64,000 nt of DNA from an uncultured Actinomycetes bacterium (GCA_903873715.1 CAIQPS010000074.1:2976-66975), one strand, 5' to 3'. Numbered from the stretch's first letter, positions 28,106 to 37,679 are shown. A program made the numbers and translations. Notes: a model not told the origin generated them from the sequence alone.

Positions 28106-29638
28106 CTACGCGGCTGGGCCGCGGCGTCTGAAGAGGAGCACGCCGAACACGACCGCCGCGATGAACGCCGCCCCCGCGACCGCGATGAGCGCGATGGGCC
28201 AGACGGTCCACATGCCGGACCCGGTGTTCACCACGGGCAGTTCGTTGAGCGTCGCGCCCGTCGAGAAGGCGGTCGTGGACGTCTTCGAAGTGGAGGTGGC
28301 GGCACCCGGGGCCGAAGTCGTGGTCGATGGCTGCGGACCTGCGGTGGTCGCTGTGGATGCGGAAGCCGCCCCGACCAGGGTGGCGAAGGGTTCGAACCCG
28401 GGTGCCGGCCGGCTCCCGAAGTCGACGGTGGTGAAGCAGACGTCGGCGCTCTTCGTGCCGGGGTAGCTGTCGATGACGTCGAAGCGTACCCATCCGGCCT
28501 TCCCAGAGATGGGGAACCGCTGCACAGAAGGCTCGTCCGCCAACCGGATGGTGGAGCTGGTCCCGTCGGAGAGGGTGACCTTGACGGTCTTCGGCCGGCC
28601 GTACTGCTTGAACGAGTCGTTCGAGCCGTTGTTGCCCGGCACGATCCTGATCTCCCGGATGTCCCTGTTCCCCGGGAAGGCGAAGCGCATCCACGGGCGC
28701 TTGCCCTGCAGGGGAGTGCCGGTCCCTTCGCGCAGCGGCTCTTCCCCGGGCTGGGTGGAGACGGTCGCGGGCGGGTTCGAGGTCGTCACCTCCGCGATTA
28801 CCGCTCCCAGCCCCGCGGGCGCGTTCTTGGGATCGGGCACGGGGATGCACGTGAACTCCAGGAAGATGTCGTCCCGCTCTGTGGGCTCGAGGTCGGTGAA
28901 GACCCACTGATAGGTGTCGGCGTCGACCTTGGTGTAGGTCTCGGGTCGGGTGGTGTAGGGCCACTGGTCGGGAGAGTCCTGCACAGGGGCCTTGATATCC
29001 ACCGCGTAGCCTTGGAAGTCGTCGGCCAGAGTGAACCGGACGACCGCTTTGCCTATGGTGCCCGCCCAGCCGGCGCCCGTGTGCAGCCAGTACTCGTAGT
29101 ACTCCTGCCAGCCTACATAGGCGAGGTCGCCGGGTTCTCCCCCCGGGGTCCTGACGTCTTCAGGCATCGACTCGGGGAAGCGCTCCCCCGCGACCCCGGA
29201 AGGCCGGGCGATGTACGACACCGAGATCATCGTCGCGCCGGTGGGGAAGGTGGCCTGGTGCAGGTAGTAGTAGAGGTCGGTGCTCTCGCCCTGACCGGTG
29301 GTGACGGCGAGCGGCGTGCCGTCCTGCCAGGCTCGGAAGGCCGTCAGCCCTTCGGGGCTCCTGCCGTCCAGCATGAACGGGAAGCCCAGCATGAGAGTCT
29401 GAGGGGCGCCGGAGTTGACGAAGCGGAAGTCCACGCGGAACTCGGCGAAGTCGCGGTAGCAGACGGCCTGCACCGTCTCCGACTCCATGCGGATGTCCGT
29501 GTTGGCCAACGGGTGGTAGTTCCCCGCGATGCCTCCGACCGACGAGTCGTCGGCCAAGGCCGGTCCCGCCGGCCACATCATGACCACGGCCGCGACGGCC
29601 AGCGCGGCAAATAGCGCGGCAGTCCTCACCCGTTCCAT
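28106..29638 (-). CDS. Hypothetical secreted/cell-surface protein with C-terminal membrane anchor
   Basis: Start at MERVRTAALFAALAVAAVVMMWPAGPALA (signal peptide). Large beta-rich ectodomain and a Thr/Ser-rich stalk. C-terminal NELPVVNTGSG followed by a TM helix and an RRRGPAA tail (sorting-signal-like topology). Confidence 0.6.
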   Translation of the reverse strand: MERVRTAALFAALAVAAVVMMWPAGPALADDSSVGGIAGNYHPLANTDIRMESETVQAVCYRDFAEFRVDFRFVNSGAPQTLMLGFPFMLDGRSPEGLTAFRAWQDGTPLAVTTGQGESTDLYYYLHQATFPTGATMISVSYIARPSGVAGERFPESMPEDVRTPGGEPGDLAYVGWQEYYEYWLHTGAGWAGTIGKAVVRFTLADDFQGYAVDIKAPVQDSPDQWPYTTRPETYTKVDADTYQWVFTDLEPTERDDIFLEFTCIPVPDPKNAPAGLGAVIAEVTTSNPPATVSTQPGEEPLREGTGTPLQGKRPWMRFAFPGNRDIREIRIVPGNNGSNDSFKQYGRPKTVKVTLSDGTSSTIRLADEPSVQRFPISGKAGWVRFDVIDSYPGTKSADVCFTTVDFGSRPAPGFEPFATLVGAASASTATTAGPQPSTTTSAPGAATSTSKTSTTAFSTGATLNELPVVNTGSGMWTVWPIALIAVAGAAFIAAVVFGVLLFRRRGPAA

Positions 29639-29710
29639 CTCGTCTCCCCTCCACGTTCGACGGCGGACCATCCCACTCGGAAAACCCTGCTATCTGCGAT
29701 AATAAGCCAC

Positions 29711-30457
29711 ATGGCCAGCGACGAGAAGCATACCGACGAGAAGAACATCGGCCGGCGGACGTTCCTCGGTCTCCTGGTGGCCGGCGTCGTGGCGTTCCTG
29801 TTCGGCAAAGACGTGCTGCCGGGCCTGACCACAGGCTCCTCACCCACGGCGACCACAGTGGCCGGCGGCGGATCGACGAGCACCACGGCGGGCGGCGGGT
29901 CGGAGTCGACCGGCACCACCAAGCCTGCGAAGTCGCCCACCGAAGGCTTCCGCATCAACAGCGTCAAGCCCGCTCCGGCGTTCGATCCGGCCACGTGGAA
30001 GCTCACGGTCGACGGGTTGGTGGCCGCTCCGCTCACCCTCGACTTCGCCGAACTCACAGCGCTCCCGCAGACCACCGTGGTGCGGGACTTCTACTGTGTG
30101 GAGGGTTGGGGGGTCGACCAGGTGGAGTGGAAGGGCGTCGCCCTGTCCGAACTGATGAAGCGCGCGCAGGTCGATCCCAAGGCCACGCACCTTCTGTTCC
30201 ATTCCAGCGACGGGGTCTACACCGACTCGCTCACCATCGAGCAGGCCGGCTTCGAGGATTCGCTCCTCGTGCACCAGGTCAACGGCGTCCAGTTGCCTCA
30301 CGACATGGGGCAGCCGCTGCGGCTCATCTATCCCGGCCACTATGGCTACAAGTACGTCAAATGGGTGGAGCGGGTCGAGGTGCTGGACATCAAGGAGAGC
30401 CCGTTCATCGGATACTGGGAGAGCTATGGATACACCTCAGAAGCCACCATCCACTGA
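29711..30457 (+). CDS. Molybdopterin-dependent oxidoreductase, sulfite-oxidase fold (MsrP/YedY-like), Tat-secreted
   Basis: Tat motif GRRTFLGLLVAGVV, a Thr/Gly-rich linker, and the Mo-binding domain with FYCVEGWG. Confidence 0.8.
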   Translation: MASDEKHTDEKNIGRRTFLGLLVAGVVAFLFGKDVLPGLTTGSSPTATTVAGGGSTSTTAGGGSESTGTTKPAKSPTEGFRINSVKPAPAFDPATWKLTVDGLVAAPLTLDFAELTALPQTTVVRDFYCVEGWGVDQVEWKGVALSELMKRAQVDPKATHLLFHSSDGVYTDSLTIEQAGFEDSLLVHQVNGVQLPHDMGQPLRLIYPGHYGYKYVKWVERVEVLDIKESPFIGYWESYGYTSEATIH

Positions 30458-31205
30458 GATGGAGGCCGGGGTGCCCGGCGACACGGCCGCGGCCGCTGGG
30501 AGTGGGGCCGCCGCGCCCGAAGGGCCGGCTGCGGCCCCGGCTTCCACGCCGGCTGTCCCGCTGGGCCGCATCCGCCGGTTCGTCCTGGCCGAGCGGCTGT
30601 CGCACTGGCTGTACGCACTGTTCTTCGTCGTGGCGTTCGTCACCGGACTGGTGATGTGGATCCCCAGCACCCGCGCGGCTCTCGAGGGGGCGCGGCTCGC
30701 GTTCTCGCAGTATCACGGGTACGTGGGCACGGCGATGGTCATCCTGCCGCTGCTCCTGTTCATCCTGCTCGACCGGCGCCGTCTGTTCCGGGACGTCCGC
30801 GAGATCGACCGCTGGGACGGGCAGGACCGGCGCTGGCTGGGGCTGGCGTTCCGGGGCCACACGCTGCGCGGCCGGCCGATGCCGCCGCAGGGCCGCTTCA
30901 ACGCCGGGCAGAAGCTCAACGTGGTGCTCGTGGCCGCGATGGCCATCGGCTTCGCCGCGAGCGGCGGCATCCTCATGCACAAGCAGGACATGTCGGCCTG
31001 GCTGGTCACGCGGGCCCTGTGGTTCCACTCGTTCCTCGCCGTGGTGGCGATCGCCCTCTTCGCGGGTCACCTGGCGCACGTGTTCGTCACCAAGCACGGC
31101 CGCACGTATCTGGCCGGGATGGTCCGGGGGTGGATCCCCGAGTCTCTGGCGCGGGAGCGGCACGAGCGCTGGTGGGCGGAGGAGTCCGACCGCCGGGTGG
31201 TGTAA
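30426..31205 (+). CDS. Cytochrome b-type membrane subunit (MsrQ/YedZ-like, Ni/Fe-hydrogenase cytochrome b fold)
   Basis: Multi-TM protein with conserved His in TM helices (HWLYALFF, HGYVG, HSFLAVV, HLAHVF). Start ambiguous: ATG 30426 (GGGAGAG RBS, 32-nt overlap) or ATG 30459 directly after the upstream stop. The ORF-track start at 30342 is unlikely. Confidence 0.7.
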   Translation: MDTPQKPPSTEMEAGVPGDTAAAAGSGAAAPEGPAAAPASTPAVPLGRIRRFVLAERLSHWLYALFFVVAFVTGLVMWIPSTRAALEGARLAFSQYHGYVGTAMVILPLLLFILLDRRRLFRDVREIDRWDGQDRRWLGLAFRGHTLRGRPMPPQGRFNAGQKLNVVLVAAMAIGFAASGGILMHKQDMSAWLVTRALWFHSFLAVVAIALFAGHLAHVFVTKHGRTYLAGMVRGWIPESLARERHERWWAEESDRRVV

Positions 31206-31255
31206 GCTTCTGTCTCCGGCCGAGAACGGCCGCATCAACAGAAGGGAACAGCGAC

Positions 31256-31720
31256 ATGCAGGTCACCAGCGGCGCCGTCGTGAGCCTCAGGTATACCCTT
31301 ACCGATGACGACGGGGTCATCATCGACACCAACGTCGATCATCCCGCTCTGGTCTACCTCCACGGGCACGGCAACATCATCCCCGGCTTGGAGACAGGGC
31401 TGGAAGGCGCCAGCACCGGCGACAAGCTCACCGTCGACGTCGCGCCGGCCGAAGCCTACGGCGAGGTCGATCCCGAGCGGATATTCGAGCTCAGCAAGGA
31501 GGCGTTCCCCGAGGAACTGCCGCTCGAGGAGGGCATGCAGTTCGTGGCGGAGACCCCCAGCGGCGACATGGCCCTCACCCTCACCGAGATCCTCGAGGAC
31601 ACGGTGCTGTGCGACGCCAACCATCCGCTCGCCGGCATGACCCTGCACTTCGACATCGAGATCCTCGATGTGCGGGAAGCCACGGCGGAAGAACAGCAGG
31701 CCGCTCAGCCCCTGTCGTAG
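31256..31720 (+). CDS. FKBP-type peptidyl-prolyl cis-trans isomerase (SlyD-like)
   Basis: 154 aa, MQVTSGAVVSLRYTLTDDDGVIIDT...LVYLHGHGNIIPGLE...GDMALTLTEIL. It is the C-terminal part of a longer spurious ORF. GAAGGGA RBS. Confidence 0.85.
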   Translation: MQVTSGAVVSLRYTLTDDDGVIIDTNVDHPALVYLHGHGNIIPGLETGLEGASTGDKLTVDVAPAEAYGEVDPERIFELSKEAFPEELPLEEGMQFVAETPSGDMALTLTEILEDTVLCDANHPLAGMTLHFDIEILDVREATAEEQQAAQPLS

Positions 31721-31777
31721 TAGCGGCGGCTGCGCAGCCGCCGCCCGGCCAGTGTAGGTCAAAGGTAGGAGGCGCAC

Positions 31778-32251
31778 GTGGGTGAGATAGTCCACACTTC
31801 GCGGATCACCATCATCCGGGAGAACAACGGGGTGCGGAAGGCCATCGTGGAAGGCCTTCCCGATCCCGTCTACTACGGGATGCATGGTGGGATCAAGAAG
31901 TTCTACAAGGTGGAGCCCGAGGTGGAGCACGCAGCCACTCTCGACCACATCGTCGGGGCGGTGGGCGGCTGAATGATGGGGACACTGGCCACGGCGCTGG
32001 CCAGCCGCAAGATCCCCACTCACACCGACCGCTACAAGGCGTTGGTGGAGGGCGACATCGAAGACGTCGACGGAGTGCTGCGCATCGCGCGGATCCGCGT
32101 AGACTACGACTTGAAGGTCCCACGCGGCAGGACAGCCGAGGCGCAGGAGGTGTTCGGCGCCTACCTGAAGAAGTGTCCTGCTGCGATGAGCGTCATCGGC
32201 TGCATCGACATCATCGACAGCCTGCAGGTGACCGAACTCGAGGACCGCTAG
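31778..32251 (+). CDS. OsmC/Ohr family peroxiredoxin-like protein with in-frame TGA (31970-31972) at the conserved peroxidatic Cys position; candidate selenoprotein (alternatively a disrupted gene)
   Basis: Two adjacent same-frame ORFs (31778-31972 and 31973-32251) separated only by TGA. The joined protein reads ...HAATLDHIVGAVGG[U]MMGTLATALASRKI... and ...AYLKKCPAAMSV..., aligning with the OsmC motifs GAALAAC-FSMAFTLALGKRGI and AKAGCPVSQA. GTG start with AGGTAGGAGG RBS, 5-nt spacer. Confidence 0.55.
31978..32017 (+). promoter_or_regulatory. SECIS-like stem-loop immediately downstream of the in-frame UGA
   Basis: GGGGA-ca-CUGGCC-acggcgcu-GGCCAG-ccgcaaga-UCCCC: a 6-bp upper stem with an 8-nt G/U-containing apical loop and a 5-bp lower stem. 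It starts 5 nt after the UGA, with the apical loop about 19-26 nt downstream. Confidence 0.35.
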
Positions 32252-32332
32252 CGCGAAGTCCCGGCGACGGTGCGTGACGCGCGCACCGGCCCGCACGCGC
32301 GGGCGGCCGCTCCAGCACGAAGGAGGTAGGTC

Positions 32333-33970
32333 GTGAGACGCCGCTTCTTGTTGGTGGCAGTGCTGGTCGTATCGTTCGCGGTCGTCGTGGCCGCCGCGCT
32401 GCTGGCGGCGGCTATCCTCGCCGGCTGTGGCAGTCCGGACGCCTCGCTCACCGAAGTCCGGCTGGACAGCGGCCCTGTCAGCGGCGCCCAGCAGGACGGC
32501 GTCTGGTGTTTCAAAGGCATCCCGTATGCGGCGCCGCCCGTCGGCGCGCTGCGCTGGCGGCCCCCGCAACCGGTATCCCCCTGGAAGGACGTCCGGGCTT
32601 GCGTCGCGTTCGGGCCGGCGTGCCCGCAGCCCGCTTCCGGTGCCGAGTTCTACATGGACGTCGGCCGGCAGAGCGAGGATTGCCTCTATCTCAACGTGTG
32701 GTCGCCCGCCAAGGCCACGACGGAGCGCCTTCCTGTCATGGTGTGGATCCACGGCGGGAGTTTCACCACCGGCGCCGGGTCCATGGACGTCTACAGTGGG
32801 CACAACCTGGCCACGAAAGGCGTGGTGGTGGTCACCATCAACTACCGCCTGGGCGCTCTCGGGTTCCTGGCCCATCCGGCTCTCTCCAAGGAGTCCGGAG
32901 ATGGCGGCTCCGGCAACTACGGTCTTCTGGACCAGTTGGCGGCGCTGCAGTGGGTGCAGCGCAACATCGCGGCGTTCGGCGGCGACCCTGCGAAGGTCAC
33001 GGTGTTCGGCGAGTCGGCCGGGGCCATCAGCATCCTCGATCTCCTGGTGAGCCCGCTCAGCAAGGGGCTGTTCCAGCGGGCCATAGCGGAGAGCGGCATC
33101 CTGCTCGATTCGGGCTTCGGGGTGGCGACCACCTCGGACCTGGCGACCGCCGAAAAGGCGGGCGAGGACTACGCTGCCAGGCTCGGCATCGATCCATCCG
33201 GCGACGCGGCCGCCCAGATGCGCGCGCTCACCCCGGAACAACTGCTTGCCGTCGACCCCACTCCATCGACCCTTCTGGAGACGGGCCTCACCTGGATGCC
33301 CATCGCCGATGGTCGCGTCCTCACCGATGCTCCCACGCGGCTCTGGCTGGATGGGCGACAGATGCGTGTCCCGCTCCTCATCGGCTCCAACAAGGACGAG
33401 GGCAACCTGTTCCTGCAGGGGTTGCGGATCCCGGCAGCCCAGTACCAGGAATACATGACCAAGATCTTCGGTCCGTACGCCCAAGAGGCCCTCGCCCTCT
33501 ACCCGGCCCAGGGCGGCAGCGTGACGGAGCCGCTCAGTCGGATGCTGACCGAGGTGGGTTTCGCATCCACCGCCCGCTTCGCCGCCAGGCAGATGAGCGC
33601 CGCGTCCGGCGCCGGAGGCGCCGCGGCGTCCGCGGCGCCCGCCTACCTCTACCAGTTCACCCGGGTGCCGCTCGACAACCCGCTCGGCGCCTTCCACTCG
33701 GTGGAGATACCCTACGTGTTCGGCAACGCCGGGCTTTTCACAAGGCTCGGGAAGCTGGACCAGGCCGACTACGACCTCTCGGCCGCCATGATGGGTTATT
33801 GGACCCGCTTCGCCGCCACCGGCGATCCCAACGGCGGTGGCGCGCCCGACTGGCCCGCATACCAGACGGTCACCGACCGGCATCTCGTGCTGGGCGACAC
33901 CATCGCCACCGGCTCGGGTCTCTACTCGCAGGCCTGCGACCTCGCCGACAAGGTGCGCGGCGTCCCATAA
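32333..33970 (+). CDS. Carboxylesterase type B family lipoprotein (para-nitrobenzyl esterase-like)
   Basis: GTG start after GAAGGAGG. Signal peptide with lipobox ILAGCGS, the catalytic serine motif FGESAG, and the oxyanion HGGSF region. Confidence 0.85.
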   Translation: MRRRFLLVAVLVVSFAVVVAAALLAAAILAGCGSPDASLTEVRLDSGPVSGAQQDGVWCFKGIPYAAPPVGALRWRPPQPVSPWKDVRACVAFGPACPQPASGAEFYMDVGRQSEDCLYLNVWSPAKATTERLPVMVWIHGGSFTTGAGSMDVYSGHNLATKGVVVVTINYRLGALGFLAHPALSKESGDGGSGNYGLLDQLAALQWVQRNIAAFGGDPAKVTVFGESAGAISILDLLVSPLSKGLFQRAIAESGILLDSGFGVATTSDLATAEKAGEDYAARLGIDPSGDAAAQMRALTPEQLLAVDPTPSTLLETGLTWMPIADGRVLTDAPTRLWLDGRQMRVPLLIGSNKDEGNLFLQGLRIPAAQYQEYMTKIFGPYAQEALALYPAQGGSVTEPLSRMLTEVGFASTARFAARQMSAASGAGGAAASAAPAYLYQFTRVPLDNPLGAFHSVEIPYVFGNAGLFTRLGKLDQADYDLSAAMMGYWTRFAATGDPNGGGAPDWPAYQTVTDRHLVLGDTIATGSGLYSQACDLADKVRGVP

Positions 33971-34037
33971 AAGAACGGGGCCGGCCCCGCGAGGGGGACG
34001 GCCCCGAGTCCAGGGGGGCTTGCTCAGACCGCCGCTA

Positions 34038-34679
34038 TCAGTCGAACTCGAACGGCGGGTAGTCGTCGGTCACCAGCAGGAACGCGTAGGCGATCACGCG
34101 CCAGGTCCAGCGGTTCACGCCCACCACGAAGTCGAAGAGGCCTCGCGGGTATCTGCCTGTGAACAGGATGGCGAACCAGGCGATGATCACGCACACGCAC
34201 ACCGCGATGTGCAGGATCCACAGGACGATGTAATGCGGTATGGCCAGGATCCACTTGACCAGCGGCATCCAGCGGTTGAGGCGCATAGCGTCGGGATAGG
34301 GGAAGTCGATGAACGCCGCCTGCTCCTCGTCGGTGGACGGGTACTCGTCCCGCATGAGGTATACGTACGCCTGGTAGCGGGCCATGAACTTGGCCAGGTT
34401 GAGGTTCCAGTCGAACCACCAGCGCGGGTATTTCTGCCGGAACAGGATCATGAGGAGAGTGGGGAGGAACAGGAATCCGCCGATGGCCCAGGCCCACCCG
34501 TAGCCGGAGCCGTCACGGCTGAAGCCTTCGGTGAGCAGCGCGATGATCACGCCGATCGGGATGAGCCATATGAAGCGAAAGGCGCTGGTCAGCCGGTTGA
34601 GCGGGCGATCGGGGTATTCGACGCTGTACGTCAGCGGGAATGGGATCGCGGGGAGTTCTGGGGTCTCGGGCTGCTGCAC
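34038..34679 (-). CDS. DUF4389 domain-containing membrane protein
   Basis: GTG start at 34677-34679, 7 nt after GGAGG. Conserved YPxRxxNRLT..FRFIWLIP, RYPRWWFDWNL, RYPRGLFDF motifs. The ORF-track N-terminal extension is unlikely. Confidence 0.7.
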   Translation of the reverse strand: MQQPETPELPAIPFPLTYSVEYPDRPLNRLTSAFRFIWLIPIGVIIALLTEGFSRDGSGYGWAWAIGGFLFLPTLLMILFRQKYPRWWFDWNLNLAKFMARYQAYVYLMRDEYPSTDEEQAAFIDFPYPDAMRLNRWMPLVKWILAIPHYIVLWILHIAVCVCVIIAWFAILFTGRYPRGLFDFVVGVNRWTWRVIAYAFLLVTDDYPPFEFD

Positions 34680-34868
34680 GGTGCACCTCCACCGGTCGCG
34701 GACACACTTCACTGTCCTGGAACATACCATGGGCGTCTGCCGGTCTTGAACGGTCATCTGGCCATTCTCGCCTGCCCATCTGGCCAGTCTGCGAACGGGC
34801 TTGCTTGATTGTGTCTAGCGGCTCCCGGATAATCGTCCGGGCCCCCTCCAGTCGACACCGGGTGTTGC

Positions 34869-36077
34869 ATGGCTTTCGAACGAATCAGGAATCTCCGGCC
34901 GGTCAAGCGTTATCGCGCGGAGCAGTACGTCCTGATCTCCCTGGTCACCTTCGCCCTTGCAGTGATCCTGCTGCGTATCGCGCTGAGACTCACCGGCTAC
35001 GCCCAGATCGGCGGGGACACGGTCCATATCGCCCACGTGCTGTGGGGTGGGCTGGGCCTGTTCGCCGGCTCGATGGTGTTGCTGGTGTTCGGCAACCGCT
35101 GGGCGCTCTTCCTGGGTGCGGTCTTGTCGGGCGGCGGTGTCGGGGTGTTCATCGACGAGGTCGGCAAGTTCATCACCCAGAGCAACGACTACTTCACGCC
35201 TGCCGCGGCGCCCATCATCTACGCGCTCTTCCTGGCCACGTTGCTTGTGTACCTCCGCGTGCGCCGTCCGGCGGCCCGCTACGTGCGCGGGGAGATGTAC
35301 AGGGCCTTCGAGCAGATGCCCGACGTCCTCGACCGGGAGATGAGCCGCCACGACCTCAACGCACTCACGCGCAGCCTCGAACTGGCACGGACCTCCGCCA
35401 AGGAGCAGGCCACGCGCGACCTCGCCCAAGCGATGCTCGTCTATCTCGAGCACGAGAGGCCGCTCATCGTGGAGCCCCAGCCGGGACGCATGCAGCGCTG
35501 GTTCCGCTCGGTCAGAGCGTGGGCGCGCAACGTCTTCACCCGGCGGCGGCTGTGGGCGTTCCTCGTGTTCGCGTTCGTGGTCTTCGGGGCCTACTCGGTG
35601 CTCGACATGGCGCTCCTCGCCTTCCTGGCGGTCGCCCCGAAGTCCGGCGCCACCGAGTTCCTGCGCTCTCTGGTGAGCCCGGGGGAGTTGGCGGCCCTGG
35701 GGGACAAGATCTGGTTCAGTATCCGGGCCATCCTCGAAGGGAGCGTCGGCCTGGCCATGCTCTCGGGCGGGGTGCTGCTCGCGCTCAGGAAAGAGTGGCG
35801 GGGGGTCAGCTACGCCGTGGCCGGCCTCATCGTCGACCTGGCAGCGGTGAACCTCCTCGTCTTCTACCAGGACCAGTGGAAGGCCATCAGCGGCATCGCC
35901 ATCGACTATTTCCTGCTCGGTGCGGCCCTCGCGTACCGGCGCATCTATGTGGAAGACCAGGCGGAGGAGGCTTCCCGGGCTGAAGACACGGCCGAGGAGT
36001 GCCTCGAGGACGCGATCACCCTTGCCGCCGCCGAGTCGGCGCTCTGTGGACCGGACAGCACGAAGGAGGCTTCTTGA
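34869..36077 (+). CDS. Hypothetical polytopic membrane protein (uncharacterised family)
   Basis: 402 aa with about 8 TM helices separated by a charged cytoplasmic region (RDLAQAMLVYLEHERP...). Stop overlaps the start of the downstream spermidine-synthase-like gene by 4 nt. Confidence 0.55.
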   Translation: MAFERIRNLRPVKRYRAEQYVLISLVTFALAVILLRIALRLTGYAQIGGDTVHIAHVLWGGLGLFAGSMVLLVFGNRWALFLGAVLSGGGVGVFIDEVGKFITQSNDYFTPAAAPIIYALFLATLLVYLRVRRPAARYVRGEMYRAFEQMPDVLDREMSRHDLNALTRSLELARTSAKEQATRDLAQAMLVYLEHERPLIVEPQPGRMQRWFRSVRAWARNVFTRRRLWAFLVFAFVVFGAYSVLDMALLAFLAVAPKSGATEFLRSLVSPGELAALGDKIWFSIRAILEGSVGLAMLSGGVLLALRKEWRGVSYAVAGLIVDLAAVNLLVFYQDQWKAISGIAIDYFLLGAALAYRRIYVEDQAEEASRAEDTAEECLEDAITLAAAESALCGPDSTKEAS

Positions 36078-37666
36078 GCACGGACACCGCACCCCCGGCC
36101 TTAGCGCCGGCCGAGGCCTCGGCCCGAGCCGAGGCGCCCACCCGGCTGGTCCGCCCCGGCGCCCTCTACGGACTGGTGTTCTTCGCGGGCACGGGCAGTA
36201 TGGCCACCGAGATGTGCGCCTCCCGCCTGCTCGCCCCGTATTTCGGCTCCTCGACGATGATCTGGGCGAACATCATCGGGCTGATCCTGGTGGCCCTGTC
36301 GCTCGGGTACTGGGTGGGCGGCCGGCTGGCCGACCGGTGGCCGAGCAAACGGCTGCTGGGCTTCCTGGTGCTGGCGGGGGCGGTCATCACCGCCGCGGTC
36401 CCGTTCGCGGCCAAGCCCTTCCTCGACATCACCATCAACGGCATCGACTCGGTCTCCACCGGGGCGGTGCTCGGGTCGTTCTTCGCGAGCGTGGTGCTCT
36501 TCGTGCCGTCGGTGCTCCTGCTGGGCACGGTGACCCCGTTCGCCATCCGCATCGGCATCGCGGACATGCAGAAGGCCGGTTCTACCGCGGGGCGCATCTT
36601 CGCGCTGTCCACCGCCGGGAGCCTCATCGGCACGTTCCTGCCGGCCATCGTGACCATCCCGCTCGTGGGGACGCAGCGGACGCTCATCGGGGCGGCGGCC
36701 GTGATCGCCGCCGCGGCCTGCTTGCTCCTGGGCTGGAAGTGGGTGTTCGTGCCGGTCGTCCTGGCCGGGCTCATCGCCATCCCGCCGGGCGCGGTGAAGG
36801 CCGCCGCCGGGCTGATCTACGAGAAGGAGTCCCGCTACCAGTTCGTCCAGGTGGTGCAGCGCGAGGACGACACCCGCTTCCTCTTCCTCAACGAGGGGTT
36901 CGCGGTCCACTCCATCTGGCGGCCGAACACCGTGCTCACCGGCGGCGAATGGGACATGTTCCTCACCGTGCCGCCGCTCATGGACAGACAGGTCAAGCGC
37001 ATCGCCATCCTCGGCAACGCCGGCGGCACCACCGCCCGGGCCTTCGGTGTCTACTATCCGGACATCGCCATCGACGGGGTGGAGATCGATCCCACGGTGA
37101 ACGCGGTCGCGAAGAAGTACTTCGGGGAGGGCGACAACGTCCGGCTGAGCGTGGTCACCGCAGATGCCCGGCCCTTCCTGCAGGCGGCCACGGAGAAGTA
37201 CGACCTCATCTTCATCGACGCGTACCGGCAGCCGTACGTGCCCTTCTACCTGGCCACGGCCGACTTCTTCAAGGAGTGCCGCGACCACCTGGCGCCGGAC
37301 GGCATCGTGGCGCTGAACGTGTCGACGGTCCCCGGTGACGACCGGCTGTCCCGTGCGGTGTCGGGCACCCTGGCCACCCAGTTCCCCCTTGTGATGAAGT
37401 GGCCGGCGCTGCGCTTCAACCAGCTGGTGCTGGGCTTCGCTCAGGACACCGACCGCTCTGTCCTGGCTCAGCGTGCGGCGCAGGCGCCCGAGGACGTCCT
37501 GCCCCTAACCGGCCTGTTGACCAAGGATTGGACCCAAGTGGCGCCCATCAAGGACTACTGGACCGACGACCGCTGCCCTGTGGAGTGGATCACCGACCGG
37601 ATGATCATCTGGTACGGGGTGAGCGGCAAAGACAGGGCGGAGCAGTTGCTCCCCACCGCCCCGTGA
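36074..37666 (+). CDS. Fused membrane domain/spermidine synthase-like (polyamine aminopropyltransferase family) protein
   Basis: TTG start 4 nt after AAGGAGG. N-terminal ~7-TM domain (LYGLVFFAGTGSMATEMCASRLLAPYFGSS) and a C-terminal SAM-dependent aminopropyltransferase fold (ILGNAGGTTARAF...IDGVEIDP...DLIFIDAY). Confidence 0.75.
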   Translation: MSTDTAPPALAPAEASARAEAPTRLVRPGALYGLVFFAGTGSMATEMCASRLLAPYFGSSTMIWANIIGLILVALSLGYWVGGRLADRWPSKRLLGFLVLAGAVITAAVPFAAKPFLDITINGIDSVSTGAVLGSFFASVVLFVPSVLLLGTVTPFAIRIGIADMQKAGSTAGRIFALSTAGSLIGTFLPAIVTIPLVGTQRTLIGAAAVIAAAACLLLGWKWVFVPVVLAGLIAIPPGAVKAAAGLIYEKESRYQFVQVVQREDDTRFLFLNEGFAVHSIWRPNTVLTGGEWDMFLTVPPLMDRQVKRIAILGNAGGTTARAFGVYYPDIAIDGVEIDPTVNAVAKKYFGEGDNVRLSVVTADARPFLQAATEKYDLIFIDAYRQPYVPFYLATADFFKECRDHLAPDGIVALNVSTVPGDDRLSRAVSGTLATQFPLVMKWPALRFNQLVLGFAQDTDRSVLAQRAAQAPEDVLPLTGLLTKDWTQVAPIKDYWTDDRCPVEWITDRMIIWYGVSGKDRAEQLLPTAP

Positions 37667-37679
37667 GCGAGGACCGTCG

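Noticed and set aside
31235-33883. 882-aa minus-strand ORF spanning the FKBP, OsmC and carboxylesterase genes
   Set aside because: It is antisense to three well-supported plus-strand genes. Composition is Arg/Gly/Ala-rich with no motifs, a typical high-GC antisense open frame.
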